Shown: piece by piece, positions 1-10,452 of the stretch
Layout: the number at the start of each line of letters is the position of its first letter
Position numbering within the stretch: position 1 is the stretch's first letter
Assembly (NCBI GenBank): GCA_963695095.1
Contig: CAVOFT010000001.1
Span: 3,264,001-3,328,000, forward strand
Length of the DNA stretch: 64,000 bases
Direction of reading: 5' to 3'
DNA from: an uncultured bacterium
GTDB lineage: Bacteria; Krumholzibacteriota; Krumholzibacteriia; JACNKJ01
The notes under the pieces: model-generated
The model's input: only the letters and a program-made list of their open reading frames with translations
The model's database searches: none
What the model was told of the DNA's origin: nothing
Translations under genes and position numbers: made by a program

Positions 1-1
1 C

Positions 2-178
2 GTGCTGCTCGATCGCCGCTACGACAAGCGCCTGGGCTGGTACTATGGCGTCGCCGTGCTCTACCCGCTGATCTACTGGATGCTGATGGCCATCGTGACC
101 TTCATCTCGGCCCCCAAGGGTCTCTTCCGCAGCCCGGGGAAGGGGGTGACCCGATGGAAACCCGTGCGCGGCTTGTAG
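2..178 (+). CDS. pgaC: C-terminal fragment of poly-beta-1,6-GlcNAc synthase (GT2, PgaC/IcaA-like); 5'-truncated
   Basis: Manual translation VLLDRRYDKRLGWYYGVAVLYPLIYWMLMAIVTFISAPKGL...RWKPVRGL* resembles the PgaC C-terminus (RY..L...P.I.WM...RW..P.RG); followed by export and deacetylase genes. Confidence 0.75.
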   Translation: MLLDRRYDKRLGWYYGVAVLYPLIYWMLMAIVTFISAPKGLFRSPGKGVTRWKPVRGL

Positions 179-1608
179 CCGCCCTCGCGCTGGCGCTGCT
201 CGCGGCCCCCGCCCTGGCCGACGCCGGCGAGACCAGCCCCGCCGATTCGCTGCTCACCGCAGCGCGCGCGGCGGCCGCGGCGGACCGCCACCCGGAAGCC
301 ATCGCGCTCTACGAGGCGGCGGCGGCGGCGGATTCCGCGCTCGCCCCGGCCCTGGCCGGCGAGCGCGCCTATCAACTGCTCTGGGCCGATCGCCTGGCCG
401 AGTCGCTGGCGCTGTTCAATCAGGCCCTCGCGGATGATCGCAGCAGCGCCGACTGGCAACTCGGCCGTGCGCGATGCCTCAACTGGATGGGCCGCCACGA
501 CGAGGCCGCGGCCGCCTACACGGCCTATCTCGCCGCGCATCCGGCGCCCGACGCGCAGCGCGAGGAGGCGGAGCTGGGCCTCGCCCAGGCCGAGCGCTGG
601 CGCGGCCGCGAGGACCGCGCGCTGGCCCTGCTCGAGAGCGCCCGCTGGCCCATCGATAGCGAGCGCCGCGCGATCCGCGACGAGATCCGCGCCGAGCTGG
701 CACCCTGGGTGCAGATCGCCGGCGGCAAGATCCACGACAGCGATCCCACCGACCGGCCCTGGGTGGACCTGAGCGCCGGCGGCTACCTGACGCCGCGTCT
801 GGGTTGGGAGCTGATCGCCGGCCGCGCCGATTTCGAGGGCTATGGCTACGAGACGGCCATCCCCCGCCTCGGTGCGGGCCTGCGCTGGCGGGCCGGCGCC
901 ACCTGGACCCTGCAGGCCAACGCCGCCTGGTCGCACTACGATCTCGCCTACGTGGACAGCTATCCGCCCGCCGATCCGCCGGCGGTGCTCGCGGCGGATT
1001 ACCATCTCGCCACCGGCGAGCTGGGCGCCACCTGGCGGCCGCAAGCCCGCCTGCGCGCCGACCTCGGCCTCTTCCGTCAGGCCGCGCCCACGCCTCTGGC
1101 CCTCGCCCACGAGAACCATGTGGGCGGCGCCACCGCCGGCGTCGACATCGGACTGACGCGCGCCCTCACGCTGGTGATCGGCGGCGGGCTGGCCGAAGTG
1201 GATGACGACAACCGCCGCGCCACTGCGCGGATCGCCCTGCGCTGGGGCTGGCGGCAGAGCCGCGTCCTGGAGCTGCAAATCGAGCCCGAGCTGCGCTGGC
1301 TGGACTACGAGTTCACCGGCGGCCTCGGCTACTGGAGCCCCGACGCCGTCCAGGCCGCCGTCCTGCGCGCCGTGGCCACCGGCGTGCTGGGGCCGCGCCT
1401 GGACTATCGCCTCGAGGCCGGCGGCGGCAGCGAGAAGGAGAAGGACCGCGACGCCGTCGGCATCGGCGACTGGTCGGCCGAACTGGGCTGGCACCCGGCG
1501 CCGCGCGCGCGCCTGTGGGCGGCCGGCGGCAGCGGCAAGAGCCGCCTCGACAGCGCGGGCGGCTATCGCCGGGAGTGGTGGGCCGCAGGCCTCCGGCTCG
1601 GCTTCTGA
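154..1608 (+). CDS. TPR + outer-membrane beta-barrel protein (PgaA-like export porin)
   Basis: Signal peptide, helical TPR-like repeats, alternating beta-strands, C-terminal Phe (GLRLGF); PNAG context. Confidence 0.7.
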   Translation: METRARLVAALALALLAAPALADAGETSPADSLLTAARAAAAADRHPEAIALYEAAAAADSALAPALAGERAYQLLWADRLAESLALFNQALADDRSSADWQLGRARCLNWMGRHDEAAAAYTAYLAAHPAPDAQREEAELGLAQAERWRGREDRALALLESARWPIDSERRAIRDEIRAELAPWVQIAGGKIHDSDPTDRPWVDLSAGGYLTPRLGWELIAGRADFEGYGYETAIPRLGAGLRWRAGATWTLQANAAWSHYDLAYVDSYPPADPPAVLAADYHLATGELGATWRPQARLRADLGLFRQAAPTPLALAHENHVGGATAGVDIGLTRALTLVIGGGLAEVDDDNRRATARIALRWGWRQSRVLELQIEPELRWLDYEFTGGLGYWSPDAVQAAVLRAVATGVLGPRLDYRLEAGGGSEKEKDRDAVGIGDWSAELGWHPAPRARLWAAGGSGKSRLDSAGGYRREWWAAGLRLGF

Positions 1609-2564
1609 TGAAGCGCCCCTCGCTCGCGCAACTGGCAATGGCCCTCGCTCTCGCCGTCCTCGCCGGCTCCTGGGCCGGTTGCGGTCGGCAGGAGGATCCC
1701 GCCCGGGCGGTGGTGCCCAATGCCGATCGCGATCCCGCCCTCAACGGCGCACAGCTGCCGGGCGAAGAGCAGGGCGTCACCGTGCTCTGCTATCACTACT
1801 TCTCCGATCACGGAGCGCCGGCCCGGGCGCTCAGGGCAGCCGGCGCCGTGCTGCTCGGCCTGCCGCTCGTCAAGGACGTGGAGACCTGGACCACGCCCGC
1901 CGGCCAGTTCGAGCACCAGCTCCGCTTCCTTGCCGAGCGCGGCTACCAGAGTCTCAGCCTGGATGAGTTGCTGGAGATCGCCGAGGGGCGCGCGCCCCTG
2001 CCCGAGCGAGCGGTCGTGATCAGCTTCGACGACGGCGATCGCAGCGTCCACCAGATCGCCTGGCCCCTCATGCGCAAGTACGGCTTCAAGGGCGTGCTCT
2101 TCATCGTCGACGGCTGGATGGACGGCCCCGCGCCTCCGGACCTCGAGGTGATGAGCTGGGCGGAACTGCGGGAGCTCGCCGCCAGCGGCGACTTCGAGGT
2201 GCAGAGCCACACCCACGCGATGCACTACAAGACCTGGCACGAGGATGCCTACTACGCCGTGGCCGAGGTGCTCGACTGGCTGGAGGAGCCCGTCGCGCTG
2301 GAGCGCATCGCCGCCGACCTGCGCGAGAGCCGCAGCGTCCTCGGCGAGCGCCTGGGCACGACGCCGCGCTACCTCGCCTGGCCCTACGGCAGCGCCACCG
2401 CCCGCACGGATTCCATCGCCCGCGCCGCGGGCTTCGCCGGCAGTTTCGGCCTGCGCTTCGGCCGGGTCGGCAGCGAGGAGAGCTCGCCGATGAGCCTGCC
2501 GCGCTACGCCATCACGGCCCGCACCAGCCGCACCTTCTTCGCCCGCCTGCTGGGCGAGGACTGA
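1608..2564 (+). CDS. Polysaccharide deacetylase lipoprotein (CE4, IcaB/PgaB N-domain-like)
   Basis: TGATG overlap with upstream stop; lipobox WAGC; motifs VLCYH, SFDDG, QSHTHAMH, LAWPYG. Confidence 0.88.
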   Translation: MKRPSLAQLAMALALAVLAGSWAGCGRQEDPARAVVPNADRDPALNGAQLPGEEQGVTVLCYHYFSDHGAPARALRAAGAVLLGLPLVKDVETWTTPAGQFEHQLRFLAERGYQSLSLDELLEIAEGRAPLPERAVVISFDDGDRSVHQIAWPLMRKYGFKGVLFIVDGWMDGPAPPDLEVMSWAELRELAASGDFEVQSHTHAMHYKTWHEDAYYAVAEVLDWLEEPVALERIAADLRESRSVLGERLGTTPRYLAWPYGSATARTDSIARAAGFAGSFGLRFGRVGSEESSPMSLPRYAITARTSRTFFARLLGED

Positions 2565-2649
2565 CCCGGCTCCCTGCACCCTCCCGGGCCAACCCTGGCC
2601 TGATCGCGCGGGTTGCGCCTGGAGCGCCGGTCCGCTAGGCTCCCTCCCC

Positions 2650-3897
2650 ATGCGACGCAAGGGTCCCTGGTACCGCCAGCTCCACTGGCAGATCTTCATC
2701 GCGATGGCCCTGGGTGCCGCGCTCGGCGCCCTCGGCGGCGAGGCCGTCGTGCCGCCCGTGGCCTGGCTGGGCACGCTCTTCATCCGCCTGCTCAAGATGA
2801 TCATCATCCCCTTGATCCTCTTCTCGATCGTATCGGGGGTGGCATCGGTAGGGGAGGGCGGGCGCCTGGGCCGGCTCTTCGGCAAGACCTTCGGCTACTA
2901 CATCCTCTCCAGCCTGCTCGCGATCCTGATCGGCCTCAGCCTGGTCAACCTGATCCGGCCGGGCGCGGGCGCGAACCTGGTCGATGCGGCCAAGAGCGAG
3001 CTGCCCGTGCTGGAGACGCCGAGCTCGGTGATGGACATCGTGAACCAGGTGGTGCCCGAGAACCTGGTCGCCGCCCTGGCCGGCGCCGACATGCTGGCGA
3101 TCATCTTCTTCTGCATCCTCTTCGGGGCGGCCATCGCCAGCTTGCCCGCCGGACCGCGCAGCGCGCTGACCGGCTTCTTCGATGCCGGCTTCGCGGCGAT
3201 GATGAAGCTGACGGGCTGGATCATCGCGCTGGCGCCGCTGGGCGTCTTCGGCCTCATCACGCGCATGGTCGGCACGACGGGCTTCGGCGCCTTCAAGGCC
3301 CTGGGCCTGTACATGCTCACCGTCGCCGGCGGCCTCACCCTGCACCTCTTCGTGATCCTGCCCCTGCTGCTGCTCCTGCTGGGCCGCATCGACCCGCGCC
3401 TGCACTTCCGCAACATGCTGGAGCCCCTGGCCGTGGCCTTCTCCACCTCGTCCTCGGGGGCCACGCTGCCGGTGACCCTGCGCACGGTGGAGGAGAAGGT
3501 CGGCGTGTCCAACCGCATCTCCTCCTTCGTGCTGCCCATGGGCGCCACGATCAACATGGACGGCACGGCCCTCTACGAGTGCGCGGGGGTGCTGTTCATC
3601 TCCCAGGCCCTGGGGCTGGACCTGAGCATCGGCCAGCAGGCGGTCGTCGTGCTCACCGCCTTGCTCGCCTCCATCGGCGCCGCGGCGGTGCCCTCCGCGG
3701 GCCTCGTGATGATCTTCCTCGTGCTGGAGGCGGTGGGCCTGCGCGGACCCGAGGTGGGCGTGATCGTGGGCGCCATGCTCGCCGTGGACCGGCCACTGGA
3801 CATGTACCGCACGGCCGTGAACGTCTACAGCGACAGCTGCGGCGCGGCGATCATCGCGCGCAGCGAGGGCGAGACCGGCGTGGACGCCGCCGCCTGA
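2650..3897 (+). CDS. Dicarboxylate/amino acid:cation symporter (DAACS, GltP-like)
   Basis: FSTSSSGATLP, GATINMDGT and DMYRTAVNV motifs; multiple TM helices. Confidence 0.95.
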   Translation: MRRKGPWYRQLHWQIFIAMALGAALGALGGEAVVPPVAWLGTLFIRLLKMIIIPLILFSIVSGVASVGEGGRLGRLFGKTFGYYILSSLLAILIGLSLVNLIRPGAGANLVDAAKSELPVLETPSSVMDIVNQVVPENLVAALAGADMLAIIFFCILFGAAIASLPAGPRSALTGFFDAGFAAMMKLTGWIIALAPLGVFGLITRMVGTTGFGAFKALGLYMLTVAGGLTLHLFVILPLLLLLLGRIDPRLHFRNMLEPLAVAFSTSSSGATLPVTLRTVEEKVGVSNRISSFVLPMGATINMDGTALYECAGVLFISQALGLDLSIGQQAVVVLTALLASIGAAAVPSAGLVMIFLVLEAVGLRGPEVGVIVGAMLAVDRPLDMYRTAVNVYSDSCGAAIIARSEGETGVDAAA

Positions 3898-3924
3898 GGC
3901 AGGACGCTGCCGGGCCGGAGCATG

Positions 3925-5997
3925 CTAGCGAGTCCCGGTCGTGGCGATCGCGATGCCGTCCAGCAGCACCGCCGTGTCGTAGAGGCTGTCGCCGACATCC
4001 CCCACCGCGAGATGCAGGGTGACCGTCGTGCCGGCGAAGTCGGCGATCCCGATGGCCAGCTCCTGCCAGCCCGTGGCGTAGACCCCCGCATCGTCCTCGC
4101 TGGGCTGCTGGTCGAAGGCGATGCCGGCCGGCGTCACCTGATCGCAGAGATCGTCGATCCGGCGACGGAAGAGCGGATACCGGATCTGGGCATCATCGAC
4201 GAGGAAGATGTCGAAGCTGTCCTGGTTGACGCTGCCGCACCACTCCAGGAACTCCTCGGAAAAGAGGTTCCAGGCCAGGCGCAGGGTGTCGGCATCGGCG
4301 GGCAGGCAAAGCGTCTGGCTGAGCGAGCCGACGTCCGTCTGGCTGCCCAGCCCCGTCGAGATGATGGCCATGTAGCGGCCCTGGGGCAGGGCCTCGCCCA
4401 GCTGGGTGATCACCCGCGCGTCGCCCGCAGCGCTCCAGCCGGTGAGCTGGCCCGATTCGAAGTCGCCATTGCTCAGGCCGCTGCCGAAGTAGAGGGCGCG
4501 CTTGCCGAGCAGCCGGATCTGCGCCCCCGCATGCCCGGGATCGCTGGCCGGGCTGACGGCATCGAGGGCCGCGCCGGCCGTGCCCGCGTCGCCGAGCAGG
4601 GCCGTCCAGAAGTCGGTGAGGGCGCTGCTGGCGAAGGCCAGACCCACGGTATCGTCGAAGCCGATGAGCGTGCCCACCCCTGCCTCGGCAAGCACCGCGG
4701 GCAGCGTCTCGCCGCGCATGCTCGAGCACGCGGCCAGCACGACGAGGCTGTTCGGGAAATCCTGGCAGTGGCGCGCGAAGAAGGCTGGCAGCGCACCGAG
4801 GCGCTTCTCGCCGTCGACGCTCACCAGGGCGAGGCCCGGGGCGATGCCGTGCAGATCCCAGTACCAGTCCAGCATGCTCGCCAGCGTGGCGCGCTCGCCC
4901 GTGAGCAGGCAGACGCGATCCGCGTCCAGCAGGGTGCCATGCGTGGTCAGGCAAATGCCGCCGTTCGCCGCCATCCCGGCGAAGGCGGCCACATCGGCTT
5001 CCCCATCGCGCAGGGTGAGCACCGGAAAGTGCGGGCATTCGGCCAGGCCGAGCTGCGCGGCGATGGCAGTGCTGGGATCGCCGCCCTCGCTCTCGAGCCA
5101 GGTGTGGAAGGGGCTGAGCAGGAGCATCTGGTTGGAGTGGACGCGATCGGGATCGTCGGCGGCGCGGGCGCCCCTGCGCGGCGCCGGGCGCGCGAGCCGC
5201 CCCGGCGGCGGGACGATCCGCGGCGGGGCCGGGCGCGCGGCCACGGCCGCTGCGCGACGGCCGCCACCCAGCACGGGGCCGTCAGCCCAGCGCGGCAGAA
5301 AGATCCCGGCATGGAGACCGGTGACCAGGCGCGCCCAGAGGCTGTTGCCGTCGGGACTCACGAAGGCCTCGGCGACGCCGCTCTGCGCGCCGAGCCAGGC
5401 GGCCACCTCGGCCTTGGCGGTCGCATCGCTGCTGCCGCCGGCGACCAGGGCGGCCCAGTCGGCCTCGGCCTCGTCGAGCAGGGCGAAGAGCGCGTCCAGT
5501 TGCGCCTGTCCGATCGGCGCGGCCACGGGCAGGGGCAGGATGGCCGACCACAGCGAGGCCTCGCCACCCATGCTGCCGCTGGCCAGCGCCAGCAGGCGCA
5601 GGTAGAGGGTCTGCGCGCTGCCGATGCTCATGGCCGGCAGGCGCCCCCCGAAGCGGCCGTCGCCCGCGATGTCGTCGCCCGCGAGGAGGTTGCCGTCGTC
5701 GGCCAGGTTGCCGAGATGCTCGAGGCTGTCGCCGGCGGCGCTGACGCGGTAGACGCGCAGCTCATCCAGCGTCCACTCCTCGCGCACGGAGAGCGTGGCG
5801 CTCAGGCTGAGCACGGTGGCCTCGCCCACGAAGAGACCCTGAGGCGTGGCGACCGGACCCGCCAGGTAGCTGATCGGCTGGACCGGCGGCAGCACCAGCG
5901 CCGAGGGCGAGCGGCTCTCCTCGCAGCTCGTGGCCGCGAGGAGGAGCCAGGCAGCCAGGGCCGCCGGAGAGAATCGTCTGCGCGCCCGCAGGGGCAT
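3925..5997 (-). CDS. Large multidomain lipoprotein of unknown function (DDG..GDD.AGDG motif, alpha/beta middle domain, C-terminal beta-sandwich)
   Basis: ATG 5997 with GGAGG RBS; lipoprotein-like signal LLLAATSC; NGDFESG..GW start of the C-terminal domain. Confidence 0.75.
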   Translation of the reverse strand: MPLRARRRFSPAALAAWLLLAATSCEESRSPSALVLPPVQPISYLAGPVATPQGLFVGEATVLSLSATLSVREEWTLDELRVYRVSAAGDSLEHLGNLADDGNLLAGDDIAGDGRFGGRLPAMSIGSAQTLYLRLLALASGSMGGEASLWSAILPLPVAAPIGQAQLDALFALLDEAEADWAALVAGGSSDATAKAEVAAWLGAQSGVAEAFVSPDGNSLWARLVTGLHAGIFLPRWADGPVLGGGRRAAAVAARPAPPRIVPPPGRLARPAPRRGARAADDPDRVHSNQMLLLSPFHTWLESEGGDPSTAIAAQLGLAECPHFPVLTLRDGEADVAAFAGMAANGGICLTTHGTLLDADRVCLLTGERATLASMLDWYWDLHGIAPGLALVSVDGEKRLGALPAFFARHCQDFPNSLVVLAACSSMRGETLPAVLAEAGVGTLIGFDDTVGLAFASSALTDFWTALLGDAGTAGAALDAVSPASDPGHAGAQIRLLGKRALYFGSGLSNGDFESGQLTGWSAAGDARVITQLGEALPQGRYMAIISTGLGSQTDVGSLSQTLCLPADADTLRLAWNLFSEEFLEWCGSVNQDSFDIFLVDDAQIRYPLFRRRIDDLCDQVTPAGIAFDQQPSEDDAGVYATGWQELAIGIADFAGTTVTLHLAVGDVGDSLYDTAVLLDGIAIATTGTR

Positions 5998-6164
5998 GCC
6001 GGCCTCCCGGGTTGGGCCGCCCGGATGGGCGGGAGCCGGGAGTCTAGCTGGATCGACGCGGCGAGGCAATTGCTTCGGTGGCGGCCCGCGCGGCATCCGG
6101 AATCCCTTGGCAGCGCTCTGCGCGGCGTGCTTGGCTCGGCTCATCCCCCACCCGGAGTGAGACC

Positions 6165-7334
<1,170 letters not shown>

Positions 7335-7402
7335 GCGCTGGCGCGGGCTCCGGATTTGGGTATCTTGGTAATCGTAAGATATTCCAGACAAGGAGCCCTG
7401 CG

Positions 7403-8854
7403 ATGCCCAACTTCCGCGCCACAGCAGCCCTCGCCACCCTCGCCGCGCTGGGGCTGGCCCCGGCCGCTCCGGCCTACGAGGCCGTCGAAACCGTCGGCGG
7501 TCTGAGCGATGCCATCTTCGCGACCGCGCCTCCCGGCGACACCGAGCGGCTGTTCATCGTGCAGCAGGCGGGGCAGATCCTCATCCTCGATCTGGCCAGC
7601 GACACCCTGCTGCCCACGCCCTTCCTCGACATCAGCGCGCTCGTCGTCGACGGCGGCGAACAGGGCCTGCTGGGCCTGGCCTTTCACCCGGACTATGCCC
7701 TGAACGGCCGCTTCTACGTCTATCACAGCAGCAACGGGACCGTCTGCGCCGGCAGCAACCGCTGCAGCCTGGTGGCGCGCTACGGTGTCGATGCCGGCAA
7801 CCCCGACCGGGCCGATCCGACGAGCCGCCTCGAGCTGCTCGAGGTGGCCCAGCCCTTCTCCAACCACAACGGCGGCATGCTGGCCTTCGGCCCCGACGGT
7901 TACCTCTACATCGGCCTGGGGGATGGCGGCTCCAGCGGCGATCCCAGCAGCAACGGCCAGAATCTGGACACCTTGCTCGGCAAGCTGCTGCGCCTGGACG
8001 TGGACGGCGGCAGCCCCTACGCGATTCCGGCCGACAATCCCTTCGTCGGCGCGGCCGGCCGGGACGAGATCTGGGCCTACGGCCTGCGCAATCCCTGGCG
8101 CTTCAGCTTCGATCGCACGAACGATGACCTCTGGATCGCCGACGTCGGCCAGGGAAACTGGGAGGAAGTGGACTGGCAGCCGGCGGCGAGCGCCGGCGGG
8201 GAGAACTACGGCTGGCGCTTCATGGAGGGCGCGCACTGCTACAACCCGTCCTCGAACTGCAACGACGGCAGCCTGGTGCTGCCCATCCACGAGTACAGCC
8301 ACGCCGGGGGCAATTGCTCGATCACCGGCGGCTACCGCTACCGGGGCAGCATCCCGCAACTGGCAGGGCTCTACCTCTTCGGCGACTTCTGCACCGGCCG
8401 GGTCTGGGCCTATGATCCGGACACGGACGTCGCCACGCAGATTCTCACCGGGCAGGCCCTGGGCAATGTCCTCTCCTTCGGGGAGGACGCGGCCGGCGAG
8501 GTCTACATCCTCACCGGCGATCGGCTCTGGCGACTGGAAACGGGCGACAGCACCGACGTCGATCTGCTGCCCGCCGGCCTGCGCCTCGCGCCGGCCAGCC
8601 CGAACCCCTTCAGCGAGCGGTCGCGCCTGGCGCTCAGCCTGGATGGCGCCCGCCAGCGCCTGGAGGTGGCCATCTTCGCCGTCGACGGCCGGCGCCTGCG
8701 CACCCTGCACCGGGGCCCGGCTGCGGGCGGTGAACTCACCCTCGCCTGGGACGGCCGGGACGATGCCGGTCGCGCCCTGGCCGCCGGCGTCTACCTGCTG
8801 CGCGCCGAGACCGAGCGCGAGCAGGCCGGCCAGCGGCTGACGCTGTTGCGCTAG
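7403..8854 (+). CDS. PQQ-dependent sugar dehydrogenase family protein with C-terminal FlgD-Ig/T9SS-like domain
   Basis: Same GSDH motifs; C-terminus PNPF...WDGRDDAGR..AAGVY...LTLLR; AGGAG RBS. Confidence 0.92.
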   Translation: MPNFRATAALATLAALGLAPAAPAYEAVETVGGLSDAIFATAPPGDTERLFIVQQAGQILILDLASDTLLPTPFLDISALVVDGGEQGLLGLAFHPDYALNGRFYVYHSSNGTVCAGSNRCSLVARYGVDAGNPDRADPTSRLELLEVAQPFSNHNGGMLAFGPDGYLYIGLGDGGSSGDPSSNGQNLDTLLGKLLRLDVDGGSPYAIPADNPFVGAAGRDEIWAYGLRNPWRFSFDRTNDDLWIADVGQGNWEEVDWQPAASAGGENYGWRFMEGAHCYNPSSNCNDGSLVLPIHEYSHAGGNCSITGGYRYRGSIPQLAGLYLFGDFCTGRVWAYDPDTDVATQILTGQALGNVLSFGEDAAGEVYILTGDRLWRLETGDSTDVDLLPAGLRLAPASPNPFSERSRLALSLDGARQRLEVAIFAVDGRRLRTLHRGPAAGGELTLAWDGRDDAGRALAAGVYLLRAETEREQAGQRLTLLR

Positions 8855-8878
8855 GCGCGACGGCGAGGCCGGGCCGAT

Positions 8879-9604
8879 TCAGGGCGAAGACACCTCTACC
8901 AGCTCGACACGAGCGCCGCTGCCGATGTCCACTTCCAGCACGAGCCCGATGCCCGGCGCGTAGTACTTGTGCTCGTTTGCATCGGGATCCAGCGGCGTGA
9001 ACTCCCGCGTCTGCAGGCAGTCCGCGAAGCTGCCATGGGGGACGGTCACGCTCTGTCCGGAGGCCACGACCACCGCGAGATCCTCCGCTTCGCAGGCGTA
9101 GTACTCCTGGCGATAGGGGATGCCGACCGGCGGCTGGACGGCATGCATGACGATGCCGGCCTTGGCGCCGTCGACGCCCGCCTCCCAGGAACCCGCCGTG
9201 CTCACCACCTGGCCGTTCTCGTACTCCTTCGTGTCCTCGCCGAGGTACCAGACATTGCCCGCCGTATCCTGCGCGTACCAGTCGTAGGTGTCCTCCAGGA
9301 GTTCTCCACTCACCGTCACGACATCGTGCACGACCATGGCGGTGACGCCGAGGATCTCCTTCGTGTCGGCGGTCACCGTGACCGTGATCGTCTCGTCCCC
9401 ACCCTCGAAGACGAACTGCGTGCCCGGCAGCAGCGGCCAGAGCGGGTTGTCGATGCCGGCGACGAAATCCGCCGGCACGATGGCGGGGTCATAGCTCTCG
9501 TCCACCACGCAGGGCTCTTCCTCGGGGCTGGTGGTCTTGTCGCTGCAGGCAGACGGGCTCAGCAGGGCGAGCGCCAGCAGGCCCAGGCCGATCGGTGTTC
9601 TCAT
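8879..9604 (-). CDS. Hypothetical lipoprotein
   Basis: Signal ending PSAC; AGGAGG RBS; ordered motifs IDNP.WPL.PG, DWYAQD..GNVWYLGE, KYYAPGIG. Confidence 0.85.
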   Translation of the reverse strand: MRTPIGLGLLALALLSPSACSDKTTSPEEEPCVVDESYDPAIVPADFVAGIDNPLWPLLPGTQFVFEGGDETITVTVTADTKEILGVTAMVVHDVVTVSGELLEDTYDWYAQDTAGNVWYLGEDTKEYENGQVVSTAGSWEAGVDGAKAGIVMHAVQPPVGIPYRQEYYACEAEDLAVVVASGQSVTVPHGSFADCLQTREFTPLDPDANEHKYYAPGIGLVLEVDIGSGARVELVEVSSP

Positions 9605-9699
9605 TGTGTCGCTTCCTCCTGGTTTCCAGTCCATTCGCGGCAGCCCGGTTCGAGGCCGTCACGAGCAGGGCGGCAGGGGAGCCGGTTTCAACTGCACTC

Positions 9700-9733
9700 A
9701 GTGTAGCGAGCGCGCATGAGAGCCCGATGAGAG
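9700..9733 (-). promoter_or_regulatory. Putative OmpR-family direct-repeat box plus -10 element for the lipoprotein gene
   Basis: ATGAGAG at 9716 and 9727 (11-bp period); minus-strand TACACT at 9705-9700. Confidence 0.55.
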
Positions 9734-9777
9734 GATGGGCGATGGCGCCCCCGCGGCCCCTGCGCTAGACTCGACCC

Positions 9778-10452
9778 ATGCGCATCCTGGTGGTCGAGGA
9801 CTTCACGCCCCTTCGCCGCTCGCTCACCAAGGGCCTGCGCGAGGCGGGCCATGCCGTGGACGCGGTCGCCGATGGCCCGGCCGCCCTCGACCACGCCGAG
9901 ACCGGCGCTTACGACGCCATCGTGCTGGATCTCATGCTGCCCGGCCTGGACGGCTTCGCCGTGCTCGAGCGGCTGCGCGCGGCGCGCCTGCCGGCGCGCG
10001 TGCTCATCCTCACGGCGCGCGATGCCCTCGCGGATCGCGTGCGCGGCCTGGATCTCGGCGCCGACGATTACCTGGTCAAGCCCTTCGCCTTCGCGGAGCT
10101 GACGGCCCGCCTGCGCGCCCTCCTGCGCCGGCGCTACGGGCGGACGGCGTCGCGCATCCAGGTGGGCGACCTCGAGATCGACACCGCGGCGCGGCGGGTG
10201 CGGCGGGCCGGTCGGCCCATCGACTTCACCGCCCGCGAGTATGCGCTGCTCGAGCTGCTGGCCTACCGCGCCGGCGAAGTGGTGACGCGCGGCGAGATCG
10301 CCGAGCGCCTCTACGACTTCGCCGCCGAGCCGGGCAGCAACGTGATCGACGTCTACATCGGCTATCTGCGCCGCAAGCTCGAAGCCGGCGGCGGCCGGCG
10401 CCTCCTCCATACCCGCCGCGGGCAGGGCTACCTGCTCGCAGGAGACGAATGA
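9778..10452 (+). CDS. OmpR/PhoB-family response regulator
   Basis: RILVVED, LDLMLP, GADDYLVKPF, winged helix ending TRRGQGY. Confidence 0.97.
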   Translation: MRILVVEDFTPLRRSLTKGLREAGHAVDAVADGPAALDHAETGAYDAIVLDLMLPGLDGFAVLERLRAARLPARVLILTARDALADRVRGLDLGADDYLVKPFAFAELTARLRALLRRRYGRTASRIQVGDLEIDTAARRVRRAGRPIDFTAREYALLELLAYRAGEVVTRGEIAERLYDFAAEPGSNVIDVYIGYLRRKLEAGGGRRLLHTRRGQGYLLAGDE

